The notes below the pieces were generated by a model, which was given only the letters and a program-made list of their open reading frames with translations, did not search any database and was not told the origin of the DNA. From assembly GCA_038063315.1 (NCBI GenBank), contig JBBTVI010000006.1, forward strand, positions 1-46,650: a stretch of 46,650 bases of DNA, in the 5' to 3' direction. Below, piece after piece: positions 8,580 to 17,815 of this stretch (position 1 is the stretch's first letter; every line of letters starts with the position of its first letter). Both the position numbers and the translations under genes were made by a program. The DNA is from Patescibacteria group bacterium (lineage in GTDB: Bacteria > Patescibacteriota > Minisyncoccia > Sungbacterales > HO2-52-23).

Positions 8580-9777
8580 ATAGGGCGTTGAACGCAATCT
8601 TAAAAGCATCAAGAATATCGTCGGTGTCTTCCAAACCCACCGAGACGCGGAGAAGAAACTCCGGAATGCCCATCTCCTTCCAGCACTGGCGGTGCGTCGT
8701 ACCCGCCGGACGACAAATATGCGTCTTTGGCGAGCCCAAACTGACGACCCCCTTGACGAATGTTTCCTTACATAACACATTCACAAATTTCTTCCATACC
8801 GCCGCGCCATCGTGCAGTGTAAAGGATAAAGTTCCTCCGCATCCGTTGGTCAGTTGCAACTCCACTATCTCACGCGCTTCGCCGCGTGCAAGACCGGGAT
8901 AATAGACGCGTTCCACGCGGGGACTTCTCGCCAACATCCGCGCAAGAGTCGCCCCGCTTCTGTTATGCCGGGCCATCCGCAAACCAAACGTATCCAAATG
9001 GCCCGTCATGTCGCGTGAGTCCGCAGGAGACGGAACCGCGCCGAATGTCGCATACGCGCTTCTGATCGCCGCATATTCGCGACGCCGCGTAAATTCTTCG
9101 GAGAAAATTGCAACGCCGCCGATAATGTCCCCGTGGCCATTGAGATACTTGGTTGTGCTGTGAATCGCAATCGGAATCCGGAACTTCTCAATCAGCCGCT
9201 GGTTGTACGGCGTGGCAAACGTACCATCCACAATAGTGATAATCCCGTCTTTCTCCAACAAATCTCCGAAACCCCGAAGGTCGGTCATCTCAAGCAAAGG
9301 ATTGGACGGCGTCTCAATAAAAATGCAACTCGTCTGCGGTTTGAAGTGTGGAGCAATATCCGACAGCGCATAAAATTGCCTGCGGTAAACCGGAATACCA
9401 AGACGCCTGAAATCGCGCGTGAGCAAATCATACGTTCCGGAATACAACACTTCTTGCGCGATAACCTCATCCCGCGCGCCGAGAAATCCTAACAAGCAAC
9501 ACGTGATTGCCGCCATACCCGAAGAAAAAACCAGCGCGGCGGCACCCCCCTCCAACGCGGCCAATTTCTGCTGCAGATCGCGGTGATTGGGATTGTGATC
9601 GGGAAGACGGCCGTACACATGGCCCCCGCCCGCCATCGCTGTCTCAAAATCATCCGCATCATCAAACACCCCGGTTGTCGTCCGAAACGCCGGCAATACT
9701 CCGGCATTTGGCCTGTATGTGACATCATCCCCCGTATGAATCGCACGCGTATCCAGCCGCAAATCTGAAAAATCCAT
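8578..9777 (-). CDS. PLP-dependent Cys/Met metabolism enzyme (cystathionine gamma-lyase/synthase or methionine gamma-lyase family)
   Basis: DTRAIHTG, FSSGMAAI, FIETPSNP, VDGTFATP, HSTTKYLNGHGD (PLP Lys), LLRVSVGLE. Start MDFS at 9777 with GGAG upstream. Confidence 0.9.
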   Translation of the reverse strand: MDFSDLRLDTRAIHTGDDVTYRPNAGVLPAFRTTTGVFDDADDFETAMAGGGHVYGRLPDHNPNHRDLQQKLAALEGGAAALVFSSGMAAITCCLLGFLGARDEVIAQEVLYSGTYDLLTRDFRRLGIPVYRRQFYALSDIAPHFKPQTSCIFIETPSNPLLEMTDLRGFGDLLEKDGIITIVDGTFATPYNQRLIEKFRIPIAIHSTTKYLNGHGDIIGGVAIFSEEFTRRREYAAIRSAYATFGAVPSPADSRDMTGHLDTFGLRMARHNRSGATLARMLARSPRVERVYYPGLARGEAREIVELQLTNGCGGTLSFTLHDGAAVWKKFVNVLCKETFVKGVVSLGSPKTHICRPAGTTHRQCWKEMGIPEFLLRVSVGLEDTDDILDAFKIAFNAL

Positions 9778-9819
9778 TGTCCTGTCTCCTATCCCAAAAA
9801 TTGCCAAAGAACAAAAAAT

Positions 9820-9963
9820 GTAACCCCCTCACAGGCGTCATTGCGAGCGACCCCGAGTCTGCCGAGGGGGGAGCGCGGCAATCCAGGACTTGGATTGCTT
9901 CGTCGTCTGACTCCTCGCAATGACGCATGCAATGGTGATCTTGATGGGGCTGTAAGGGATTAC
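9820..9963. mobile_element. MITE-like element enclosing family A hairpin, copy 5 (9837-9924)
   Basis: GTAACCCCCTCACAG ... CTGTAAGGGATTAC ends around GTCATTGCGAG...CTCGCAATGAC. Confidence 0.7.
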
Positions 9964-9981
9964 TCAAAACGCAAAATCAAA

Positions 9982-10230
9982 TCATTCACCCACCGCCTCG
10001 ACTCTCGTAACTTCAGGAAACTTTTTTTTCAAAAATTGCTCGATTCCCATTTTGAGCGTCAGCTGCGACAGCGGACAGCCGCGGCACATCCCCAGCATCT
10101 TGACCGATACGACGCCATCTTCAAATTTAATAAACTCCAGATCCCCCGCATGCAACGCGAGGGCGGGCCGGATATCGTCTAATGCATTCTTGATCTGCTC
10201 AACACCCTCAACGCTATCTCGAGACATCAT
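9982..10230 (-). CDS. NifU C-terminal / Nfu-type Fe-S carrier
   Basis: IRPALALHAGDLEF...LGMCRGCPLSQLTLKMGIE (CxxC). Confidence 0.9.
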   Translation of the reverse strand: MMSRDSVEGVEQIKNALDDIRPALALHAGDLEFIKFEDGVVSVKMLGMCRGCPLSQLTLKMGIEQFLKKKFPEVTRVEAVGE

Positions 10231-10244
10231 ATGGAATACATCGC

Positions 10245-10320
10245 GAAGTATGGGTATGAACTATGTATTATGGGACTCCGAACCCATAATACATAATACG
10301 AGCCCCATAATTCATATTTC
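10245..10320. repeat. Inverted pair of 7-mer arrays (GAATTAT/ATAATTC-type) filling most of the ferredoxin-nfu spacer
   Basis: Perfect 13-bp IR TATGTATTATGGG (10262-10274) / CCCATAATACATA (10283-10295) with periodic extensions. Confidence 0.8.
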
Positions 10321-10603
10321 ACGGGTATATCTGCTCCCCATTCTCATCGAAAAGCAGTATCGCCCGCGTCGGGCAGCTTTGCGCCGCAAGAAGTATGCTC
10401 TCGTCATCAGCTCCTTTATCGTTATAGACCACGGCTTTGTTTTCGCCGTCCAATTCAAACACGCCCGGCGCGACCGCGATACAAGATGCCGCGCCGATGC
10501 AGAGATTCCGGTCAACGACAATTTTCGCGATCTTTCGCGGTCCGTCTGGCGCCGCCTCCGGTTGTCCCGATGGTTTGTCCGTTTGATCGCTCGTCATTGC
10601 CAT
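10319..10603 (-). CDS. Single-cluster ferredoxin, probably [3Fe-4S]
   Basis: VDRNLCIGAASCIAVAP...AAQSCPTRAI (CxxAxxC...CP). Confidence 0.9.
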   Translation of the reverse strand: MAMTSDQTDKPSGQPEAAPDGPRKIAKIVVDRNLCIGAASCIAVAPGVFELDGENKAVVYNDKGADDESILLAAQSCPTRAILLFDENGEQIYP

Positions 10604-10609
10604 CCTATA

Positions 10610-10966
10610 TTACACCGCTTTTTTGACTGCTTCAAGAAACAGAGCCGCGCATTGGTAGCGCATGGGCATGAGTGTAACGCCGAGGAGTGCGGCGATGTTT
10701 TCCCTCGCCATGCGGCGGATCTCAGCAATATCTCTTCCTATTATATAAGAAGACCCCAGAGACGCGGCGGCGCGGCTGATCACGCATCCTTTATTCTCAA
10801 AAGAAACGCCCGAAATAATGCCGCCATCCATTTTCAGCCGGATGGCAATAGAATCCCCACACGACGGATTGTCGCCCCGCGCCTCAATGTCAAAATCATC
10901 CCGCAGGCCGTAGTTTTGAGGATGGCGATAATGCGCAAGAATATGATCGCGGTATAATGAATCCAT
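10610..10966 (-). CDS. sufU: SufU/IscU-type Fe-S scaffold or sulfur acceptor
   Basis: LYRDHILAHYRHPQNYG, NPSCGD, GCVISRAAAS, RYQCA. Confidence 0.88.
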   Translation of the reverse strand: MDSLYRDHILAHYRHPQNYGLRDDFDIEARGDNPSCGDSIAIRLKMDGGIISGVSFENKGCVISRAAASLGSSYIIGRDIAEIRRMARENIAALLGVTLMPMRYQCAALFLEAVKKAV

Positions 10967-10970
10967 AAAT

Positions 10971-12320
10971 ATGCCCCGCGAAAATAACAAAACCTATGCG
11001 GGCGCTCTCGTATTCCTCATCGCCGCCTCAATACTGATACACATTGCGCCGTTTGTCCTGTACGAAGCGCACCCCTTGGGTTACGATACCGGTTTTTATA
11101 GGAGGTATATCGTCCAACAGCCGGATTTATTTCTTAATGCTTCGGTTCCTGGGCTGGGCGCTGATGCATTTGTGCCGCGCGTTTTTCTCGACATCCTGCG
11201 CCTAACCCATCTGCCGCCTGACCTTCTTCTATATGGAGCATATATAGCGCTTTTCACCACTCAAGCAATCGCGCTTTTCCTTCTCATCAAAAAACGCTGG
11301 GGCGCAAAAACAGCGCTATGGGCCGCACTCCTCCTCATTGTCTCACCAATCCAATACACCGCCTACTGGTTTGTGCTCTTCAAAAACGCCTTTGCGCTTC
11401 CGCTTATGCTCCTTGCATTTTTCGCGCTCGAAAAAGGGTCGCGGTGGGCAATACTTCTCGGCGTCCTCCTTGCGTTCAGCCATCATACGACGAGCATTAT
11501 TTTTCTTGCCGCAATATTAATCTATGCGGTGCTGAGACGTGAGCGGCGGCGACTCGCTCTCCTGACCGCGGCCGTGGCAATTCCGGCGTTTTTATACCTC
11601 CACTATCCCGCTATTCCGGACTATGTCAATGCGCCGGTCGCCGTCTTCGTCCAATGGAAAGAATACCTCCTCCTGTCGCTTCCGCTTTTTATACTCGCCT
11701 CCTTCGGCATCAAAGATGCGGTCAGAAACGCATCACGCTCCACCGTGGCCGCATTTTTTATCGTCTCCGCCGCATTTCCCCTGCTCGGTCTTCCGTTCTA
11801 CCAGCGCATTTTTATTTTTACCGATATCGCGCTGATTATTCCTGCGGCAGTCGGCCTCGTCAAAATCGCCGAGGCGTTGAAGAGCCGCGACCGCTCGCCT
11901 ATAAAAATCGCAGCCGCGCTGATTGCAATTCTATCCCTTGCGTGGTTTGCCGCCAATACAGAAAGCCGGATATATCATCTTCGGCCACTCGTCTCAACAA
12001 AAGAAATTGAAGAGTTAAAATACATGGCGTCAAACATCCCGGCGGACAACGCGATTCTCACCTCGACACCACTCGCGCCGTGGGTCCACGGATGGACGCG
12101 AGTCCGCGTTATCGCTCCGGGCCTTCTTGGCGATACGCATAGCGCTCAGGAGTGGATTTCTTTCACCCATGGACCAGCCGGGGCTAAAATTGATTTTCTC
12201 AAAAATTTCCCGCGGCCGCTTTATATCTTCCTCGGGCCGCGGGAAAACGAAGAATTTTTGTCCGACATCAAAAACTGTGTAGACCAAAAATCGGACTACC
12301 TTTTCCGGTATACCTGCTAA
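10971..12320 (+). CDS. Polytopic membrane protein, possible GT-C-fold glycosyltransferase
   Basis: About 10-12 hydrophobic segments, PLGYDTGFY acidic motif after TM1 and a soluble C-terminal domain. Confidence 0.6.
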   Translation: MPRENNKTYAGALVFLIAASILIHIAPFVLYEAHPLGYDTGFYRRYIVQQPDLFLNASVPGLGADAFVPRVFLDILRLTHLPPDLLLYGAYIALFTTQAIALFLLIKKRWGAKTALWAALLLIVSPIQYTAYWFVLFKNAFALPLMLLAFFALEKGSRWAILLGVLLAFSHHTTSIIFLAAILIYAVLRRERRRLALLTAAVAIPAFLYLHYPAIPDYVNAPVAVFVQWKEYLLLSLPLFILASFGIKDAVRNASRSTVAAFFIVSAAFPLLGLPFYQRIFIFTDIALIIPAAVGLVKIAEALKSRDRSPIKIAAALIAILSLAWFAANTESRIYHLRPLVSTKEIEELKYMASNIPADNAILTSTPLAPWVHGWTRVRVIAPGLLGDTHSAQEWISFTHGPAGAKIDFLKNFPRPLYIFLGPRENEEFLSDIKNCVDQKSDYLFRYTC

Positions 12321-13729
12321 TCGCCTCCGAATAATGAACGAAACGCCTTCCAAATTCTCCCGAAGAAGCCGGGTTGTTCGGGCGGATTTGACAATGGCAC
12401 GATTGCTTTTTCTTTCTCAGGCACCGGGGCGGGCTCGGCCGCCTTAATAGCTGGCCCGGAGCCGTTGACAATGCTGAGGGCCGCATCGCTGTCGTCCGTC
12501 CGACAGCCCCGACTCGGATAATTCGGCGGATAGTCACAGCCGATGCGCACATAGTAATCATTTCCTGACGCGATGTCGGCGGGTATGCTCCACGCTTCCT
12601 TGCCATCATTCTTCGTTTTATACGCCGCATTAGCAATCCAGACATAATCGCGCCCTTCGGCCGGCTTTTTCATAAAAACCGTAATGCTCACCAACATTTC
12701 GGACGGCGCATTTTTTGCCATCCATCCGATCTCCATCGGCGATCCGGCACGGAAACTCTCACCTCCGTTCGGAACCCTCACCGTCAACGCCGGAACGCCT
12801 TCGTTTGCGGAAGCGGAAGTCGGAGACGGCGGACGCGTGGCGGTTGTTTTTGGCTTAACCGGCACGGGCGCCACGACTGCGGGTTTTTTCGGCGCCGCAG
12901 TCGGAGCCGGCGCAGATACAACCGCAGGCGATGGCGGAGTCGCCGACGCCGGAGGAGACGGCGCGGCTTTTATCATGAACGTCCCGTCGCTTGCGTCAAG
13001 ATTGCACGGGCGATCCGCCCATGTGCAGTAGTCGCCGTCAGAATTTTCGGAGACGACAACGGCGCGTATGACCCCGCTCGGCTGCCAGTACGACACCGGA
13101 CGGCAATCATTCGCCACCACGCACAATTTTCCGTCCCATGAAACGGAACCGTCCGGAACACCGTCTTTTGTCACCCATGCCATCAGAGGATCGGTTGTAC
13201 CCTGCCTGTATTCTCCATTCGCGATGCCGACCCATACTTTATTCCGCCCTCCGCTCCAGAAAATACGGATGGGCTCTCCCGGCCCGAAGACCTCTCCGCC
13301 ATTGGGGCTTTTGACCGTAACGGGCGGGGGCGCAGACGGAATAATGCGGATGGGCGAGGTTCCTGTCATATCTCCGCCCGACGTCGCGCTGTAAATGATA
13401 ACATAATAATCCCCGACGGGAACTCCGCGCTCCCTCGGAGTGAACGTGTATGAACCGCTCGTATCGTAAACCGGATAGCCGAAAACGCTCACCTGGTAGA
13501 GAACGATCGGAACGAAACTTTGCGGTATCAAATCAATCTGGCGTATGCCGGGGTTGCCCGGGGTCCAGCGAATCTCGATCGGCTTATCCACAAAAAACTT
13601 CTCGCCGCCGAGCGGCGCGATAATGGCTGCCGGCTGCGACGGCGGGTATGTCCAAAATACAATCCCCACGAACACAACGGCAATGACGGCGCCGATAATA
13701 TAAAATGGTTTACGCATAAGAGATTTCAT
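12317..13729 (-). CDS. Membrane-anchored surface protein with PNGGE Ig-like domains, Pro/Ala linker and GFFGRIW tail
   Basis: N-terminal TM helix, PLGGE/PNGGE x3, PAPT-rich linker. Confidence 0.8.
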   Translation of the reverse strand: MKSLMRKPFYIIGAVIAVVFVGIVFWTYPPSQPAAIIAPLGGEKFFVDKPIEIRWTPGNPGIRQIDLIPQSFVPIVLYQVSVFGYPVYDTSGSYTFTPRERGVPVGDYYVIIYSATSGGDMTGTSPIRIIPSAPPPVTVKSPNGGEVFGPGEPIRIFWSGGRNKVWVGIANGEYRQGTTDPLMAWVTKDGVPDGSVSWDGKLCVVANDCRPVSYWQPSGVIRAVVVSENSDGDYCTWADRPCNLDASDGTFMIKAAPSPPASATPPSPAVVSAPAPTAAPKKPAVVAPVPVKPKTTATRPPSPTSASANEGVPALTVRVPNGGESFRAGSPMEIGWMAKNAPSEMLVSITVFMKKPAEGRDYVWIANAAYKTKNDGKEAWSIPADIASGNDYYVRIGCDYPPNYPSRGCRTDDSDAALSIVNGSGPAIKAAEPAPVPEKEKAIVPLSNPPEQPGFFGRIWKAFRSLFGGD

Positions 13730-13747
13730 AAAAAAGAAAATTAAATA

Positions 13748-16042
13748 CTATTCGCTGGCCGACCGCAAGCCGAAAAATCGTAGAATGAAATGCCACATAC
13801 GCCCGAAAAAGCCGCGCCGGGGCTGAACCGGCGGAGTCGGCTCCTCCTTCGGCGCCGATACCTCTTGCTCCTTTTCCTCCGCTGGTTCCGGCGCGCTCAT
13901 CTTCTCCTCTTTCGCTTTTTTTAACTCCTCCACTTTCCGCCATGTTGCCTCACCGACAACACCTGTGCCCCGGGACAGTCCCGCCGAACGTAAAATCTCT
14001 CCCGCATACTTTTCCTGAAAAAGAATGACCGCTTGCCTGGTATATTCGTCAAAATATCCGTTGACAAGCCCCGCGGGATAGAGCCCCTCGTCAGCGAGAA
14101 TCCCCTGGACGATCCGCACGTTCTCGCCTGAACTTCCGACGCGAAGATTTTGAAATGCGCCGCCCGGTTCCACAACGGCCGCGGGTTGGCCCTCTGCGCG
14201 GGCCGCCAGCTGCGCCGCATTGAGCGATTCGTTGCCCGCCGGATCCACGGCGCGCACGATATAATAATACGTCGCGCCACCGCCTGTTTGTCCGTCAACA
14301 AAAATTTCGGACCGAATGTCGCTCGCCACCGCGACTCCGCGCGCGCCGCTTTGGCCGGAGCGGTAAATCTTGACATGGTCAAAATCGCGAAGGGGATTAT
14401 CCCATGTCAGCCGGATCCGTCCGTCGTCCAACGCCTCTATGGAAGTATTGGCCGGAGCCAATGGAGGAGTAATGTCCGCCGCAGCCACAACCGCAAACCG
14501 CGTGAGGTGCCGGACGCGCGCCGTCACAATATTTTTTACTTTATCAACGGAAAAATTGTCTATCTTCGCCCACGTCTTTTGTTCCTCATCAAAATAACTT
14601 GGATAGATATCGTCCTCAGTCGCGCCCTGCTTCTTCAATTCCGTCTCTTTGTAGGGAAGCGCAATCTCAATCTCGCCCTGCAAATCGCGAATCGCCGCGC
14701 CCGCTTGATCCCTGATGGCAATGTCATAGACCGCGCTCAAAACCGCCACTGTTGCAATCTTTGGGGGCGGCGCGGCCGCGGGATTGACATCCACCGTTAC
14801 AGTACCAGCAGCAAGCGCCGCTGCCGGCGCAAGCGTCACCCGCGCGCCGTCCGGAATCGCCACAACAATTTCTTCGGTTGCGGGCTTAGTAACGGTAACG
14901 CTTTGCGTGGCGGCCATCGCCGCGACTTCGACAATGACAATCGGATCTGTCCAAGCTGAGCGGCCGCCGCGGACGTCTTCGGCCATAGCGCGGATCTTAT
15001 ATTTCCCCGGCGTTGTCCACGCGTGCGATCCCTGATACCCATAATTGGACGGCATAAAATGACTCTCGGAGGTAGTCCCGTCTCCCCAGTCAAAAACGTA
15101 TTTAAGCATATCGCCGTCCGGATCATCCGCGCTCGTGCCGTAAAGATGCATCTCCCCTGGCCGCACATAAAACGCGCCGTAGGGATAACCCGGAGTATTC
15201 GGAGGACGATTGGGTGCGGGAGTCGGCTCCACGATTTCTCCGACGCGGAACGTATGCACCGGCGAACCCATGGAAATATAGGGCACCCCGCCGTATGACG
15301 CTGTACCGACGACGGATACCGTATAGGTTTTTCCCGGATCCAGTTTCGGCCCGTCATACACATAAGAATACTCCTGAGGCAAAGCGGAGCGCATCAAACC
15401 GATGCCCTTGTTGTAGACCTGGCGCGTACCCTCAAAAATATCCAGAGAGTAGAGAACCGTCAACTTACCCGACGGCCATCCGGACGGAATTGACCAACGG
15501 AACGTAACCGTCTCATTTGCGGGGCCGCTGAATGTCGCGGGAAAAAGAATGCTCGGCTCAAGCGCATACTGAGACGCGGTCTCGGAGACGGCCGCCTCGG
15601 CGCCCGCCGCGTCAATAGCAACCAGATAAAAATCGTATTGTCCGGCGGGAAACGCCGCCACCTCCTCAAGTGTGGCTTTATGGACCGTCCAAAATCCGCC
15701 GGAACAAAAATGGATCAATTCCCAATCCCCCACGCGTATCTCCTTTCCTGCGCTTGAGGTCGCGCCGGGACATTCGCTGTAGATCAAGGACGGATTATTG
15801 AAATCCGCCACCGGCGAAAAAGCCGTCTTAGGCGGCGACTTCAGATAAAATCTAAACGCCTTAACCGAGGGAAGAGCGGATGCATCGTACGCAAACCGCA
15901 TATCGTATCCATACTGGCCCTCGCGGGCGATAATCCAGCTTGGCTCAAGATTCGTCGGCGGCGGGAGAGCGGCGTGAGCCATACCGACGAAAAATCCGAT
16001 GCTCATCAAAACAACGAGGAAGAAAACAAAGTTTTTTATCAT
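13748..16042 (-). CDS. Secreted multidomain surface protein (unknown module, PKD-like, ZU5/GPS-like, FN3, peptidoglycan-binding)
   Basis: Signal peptide ending AHA; DPDGDMLKYVFDWGDG; VRHLTRFAV; YYYIVRAVDPAGNES; LRVGSSGENVRIVQ...TRQAVILFQ. Confidence 0.85.
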   Translation of the reverse strand: MIKNFVFFLVVLMSIGFFVGMAHAALPPPTNLEPSWIIAREGQYGYDMRFAYDASALPSVKAFRFYLKSPPKTAFSPVADFNNPSLIYSECPGATSSAGKEIRVGDWELIHFCSGGFWTVHKATLEEVAAFPAGQYDFYLVAIDAAGAEAAVSETASQYALEPSILFPATFSGPANETVTFRWSIPSGWPSGKLTVLYSLDIFEGTRQVYNKGIGLMRSALPQEYSYVYDGPKLDPGKTYTVSVVGTASYGGVPYISMGSPVHTFRVGEIVEPTPAPNRPPNTPGYPYGAFYVRPGEMHLYGTSADDPDGDMLKYVFDWGDGTTSESHFMPSNYGYQGSHAWTTPGKYKIRAMAEDVRGGRSAWTDPIVIVEVAAMAATQSVTVTKPATEEIVVAIPDGARVTLAPAAALAAGTVTVDVNPAAAPPPKIATVAVLSAVYDIAIRDQAGAAIRDLQGEIEIALPYKETELKKQGATEDDIYPSYFDEEQKTWAKIDNFSVDKVKNIVTARVRHLTRFAVVAAADITPPLAPANTSIEALDDGRIRLTWDNPLRDFDHVKIYRSGQSGARGVAVASDIRSEIFVDGQTGGGATYYYIVRAVDPAGNESLNAAQLAARAEGQPAAVVEPGGAFQNLRVGSSGENVRIVQGILADEGLYPAGLVNGYFDEYTRQAVILFQEKYAGEILRSAGLSRGTGVVGEATWRKVEELKKAKEEKMSAPEPAEEKEQEVSAPKEEPTPPVQPRRGFFGRMWHFILRFFGLRSASE

Positions 16043-16068
16043 GAAAGCAGGCGCAAAACGCGAGAGGC

Positions 16069-16211
16069 GAGTTTGGTGAATAATTCTAAAACAAGCCGTT
16101 TCCTGTCATTCCCGCGCAGGCGGGAATCCAGGCTTTCTCCCTCGTAGAAGCAAGAACCTGGACCACCGCCTTCGCGGGGGTGACACTAAAAAAATATTAT
16201 TCACCAAACTC
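16069..16211. mobile_element. MITE-like element with perfect 16-bp TIRs enclosing family B hairpin (16105-16184)
   Basis: GAGTTTGGTGAATAAT (16069-16084) / ATTATTCACCAAACTC (16196-16211). Core GTCATTCCCGCGCAGGCGGGAATCCAGG...CCTGGACCACCGCCTTCGCGGGGGTGAC. Confidence 0.7.
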
Positions 16212-16238
16212 AAAGGCTATCGCTTTTCATTTTGCGCT

Positions 16239-17114
16239 TTATTCCGCATTGTACGCTTTCTTCAAGTTGTCCATCGCCGTTGAGACGCGGAAATACAAAT
16301 CAGACATCTCGACCTGCGAGGTGCCCAAAAAATACCTGCCGCCCGCGATATCGCGCGCATTCATTTTTTCCAAAACGGCGCCGAGCTTCTTTTCAAATTC
16401 TTCAACCTCTCTGAGCGCTTTCTCCGCGCGTTGGTTGTCGGCGCGCGGTATCGTACTCTCGATTTTCGCAAGCGGCATTGTCGGCGCAAACGACATCACG
16501 AGGCCGCGCACAAATTCAATGTCCGGTCCGACCGTGGACCACGACGATTTGAGATCCGCCAGAGAGGAATCCATGAAATCCGGCACGGGACCTCCGAATA
16601 ATTCACTACCCAATGCGACGGACTTTTCCAACGGCTCTCCCCAATGCTCCTGCAGAATGGAAACAGTCGCGGTTTCCGGCCGCAACATTGCCGTGGCGGC
16701 GGGCGGCGGCTCCCGTGAAGTTTTAAGCGCGGCGCGTAACTGGGGAACTTTTTGGAAAAACCGAAGAAGCGTCTCGCTGTGATCATTTGCCGCGGACGCA
16801 AGCGTGATTAAACGGGAAAAATCCGTATGGATCACCGCCATCTTTTTCGGAGGAGTAATTTTTGCAAGCGCGTCCTGAATTTCTTTACCCGCGCGACGAC
16901 GCGCTTCAATAACGCGCAACGCACCATCGGCATCAGCCGCATCTTTGATTCCCGCATCCGACGTCAACTCCGGACTGCGAAATTTTTCGTAGATCGGCAG
17001 AACCACACGGGCGTATTGCATCGGCAAATATGATTCCGTGTAATAGTAATACGCCCCGCCGCCCGCGGCTCCGAGGATCAAGATGACCAAAGAAATAATG
17101 ACGAATGTTTTCAT
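16239..17114 (-). CDS. Membrane-anchored helical hypothetical protein
   Basis: N-terminal TM MKTFVIISLVILILGAAGGGAYYYY; helical-looking body. Confidence 0.75.
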   Translation of the reverse strand: MKTFVIISLVILILGAAGGGAYYYYTESYLPMQYARVVLPIYEKFRSPELTSDAGIKDAADADGALRVIEARRRAGKEIQDALAKITPPKKMAVIHTDFSRLITLASAANDHSETLLRFFQKVPQLRAALKTSREPPPAATAMLRPETATVSILQEHWGEPLEKSVALGSELFGGPVPDFMDSSLADLKSSWSTVGPDIEFVRGLVMSFAPTMPLAKIESTIPRADNQRAEKALREVEEFEKKLGAVLEKMNARDIAGGRYFLGTSQVEMSDLYFRVSTAMDNLKKAYNAE

Positions 17115-17124
17115 GAAGCCGCCT

Positions 17125-17733
17125 TTACCGCCCCCGCACATTCCGGCCGCACTCCTCACGCATCATCGGCTGCGTGATGTCATTGCAGAGCGCGGGGTTA
17201 CGAAACGCAGTATTCATGTAACACTGATCGCGCATGCTCACATTCGCGATCTGCCGGCACATCGAACCGTCCCCCTGCCGCGATGCCGCATTGGACAAAC
17301 ACGAGTCCTTTTTATCCACAGTCCGGATTTTCGTGCACGCCTCAGCCCCTAATTTCTGCGCCACGCCGTCATAGCATCTGTCGCGCGCCTCGCCTATTGC
17401 GCCCTCGCACAATGTTGCATCGCCTTTCTTGAGTGCAACGCCGGCAACGCATTGGCCCTGGAGTTCCGGTGTTCTGATCTTTGCGCAAATTTCCGAATCT
17501 CCCTTCTCGTCCGCGAAGACAATCCGACACACGTCCTGAGCGATATAGGGCATCTGCCCGCCGCTCGAACCACCACCGTCAAGCGACCCGCTGTAAAGCG
17601 GCAGAATATCGCAGACCTGTTGATTTGTCTCCGGCGCCAAAACCAACGGACCTTTACGCGCAAAATAAAATCCTGCGCCGATTGTCCCCACCAAAGCAAT
17701 GACCAAAACAATAATGAGAATGTCTTTTGTCAT
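17125..17733 (-). CDS. Membrane-anchored Cys-repeat protein
   Basis: N-terminal TM, then ~25-aa repeats of the form D..C..I.....(D/Q)C. Confidence 0.8.
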   Translation of the reverse strand: MTKDILIIVLVIALVGTIGAGFYFARKGPLVLAPETNQQVCDILPLYSGSLDGGGSSGGQMPYIAQDVCRIVFADEKGDSEICAKIRTPELQGQCVAGVALKKGDATLCEGAIGEARDRCYDGVAQKLGAEACTKIRTVDKKDSCLSNAASRQGDGSMCRQIANVSMRDQCYMNTAFRNPALCNDITQPMMREECGRNVRGR

Positions 17734-17777
17734 TTGAGTGAAAATTAATTTTTATTGTGGCTACCCCTCCATAATCC

Positions 17778-17786
17778 AGTATACCA
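17778..17786 (-). promoter_or_regulatory. Extended -10 promoter (TGgTATACT)
   Basis: Near-consensus motif in the spacer upstream of the 17733 gene. Confidence 0.45.
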
Positions 17787-17815
17787 TAAAGGATATAACG
17801 CATGAAACCGCATCT

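Noticed and set aside
9780-9980. SAM or other riboswitch upstream of the Cys/Met PLP enzyme
   Set aside because: The structured region is a family A repeat copy, and no riboswitch consensus was recognised.
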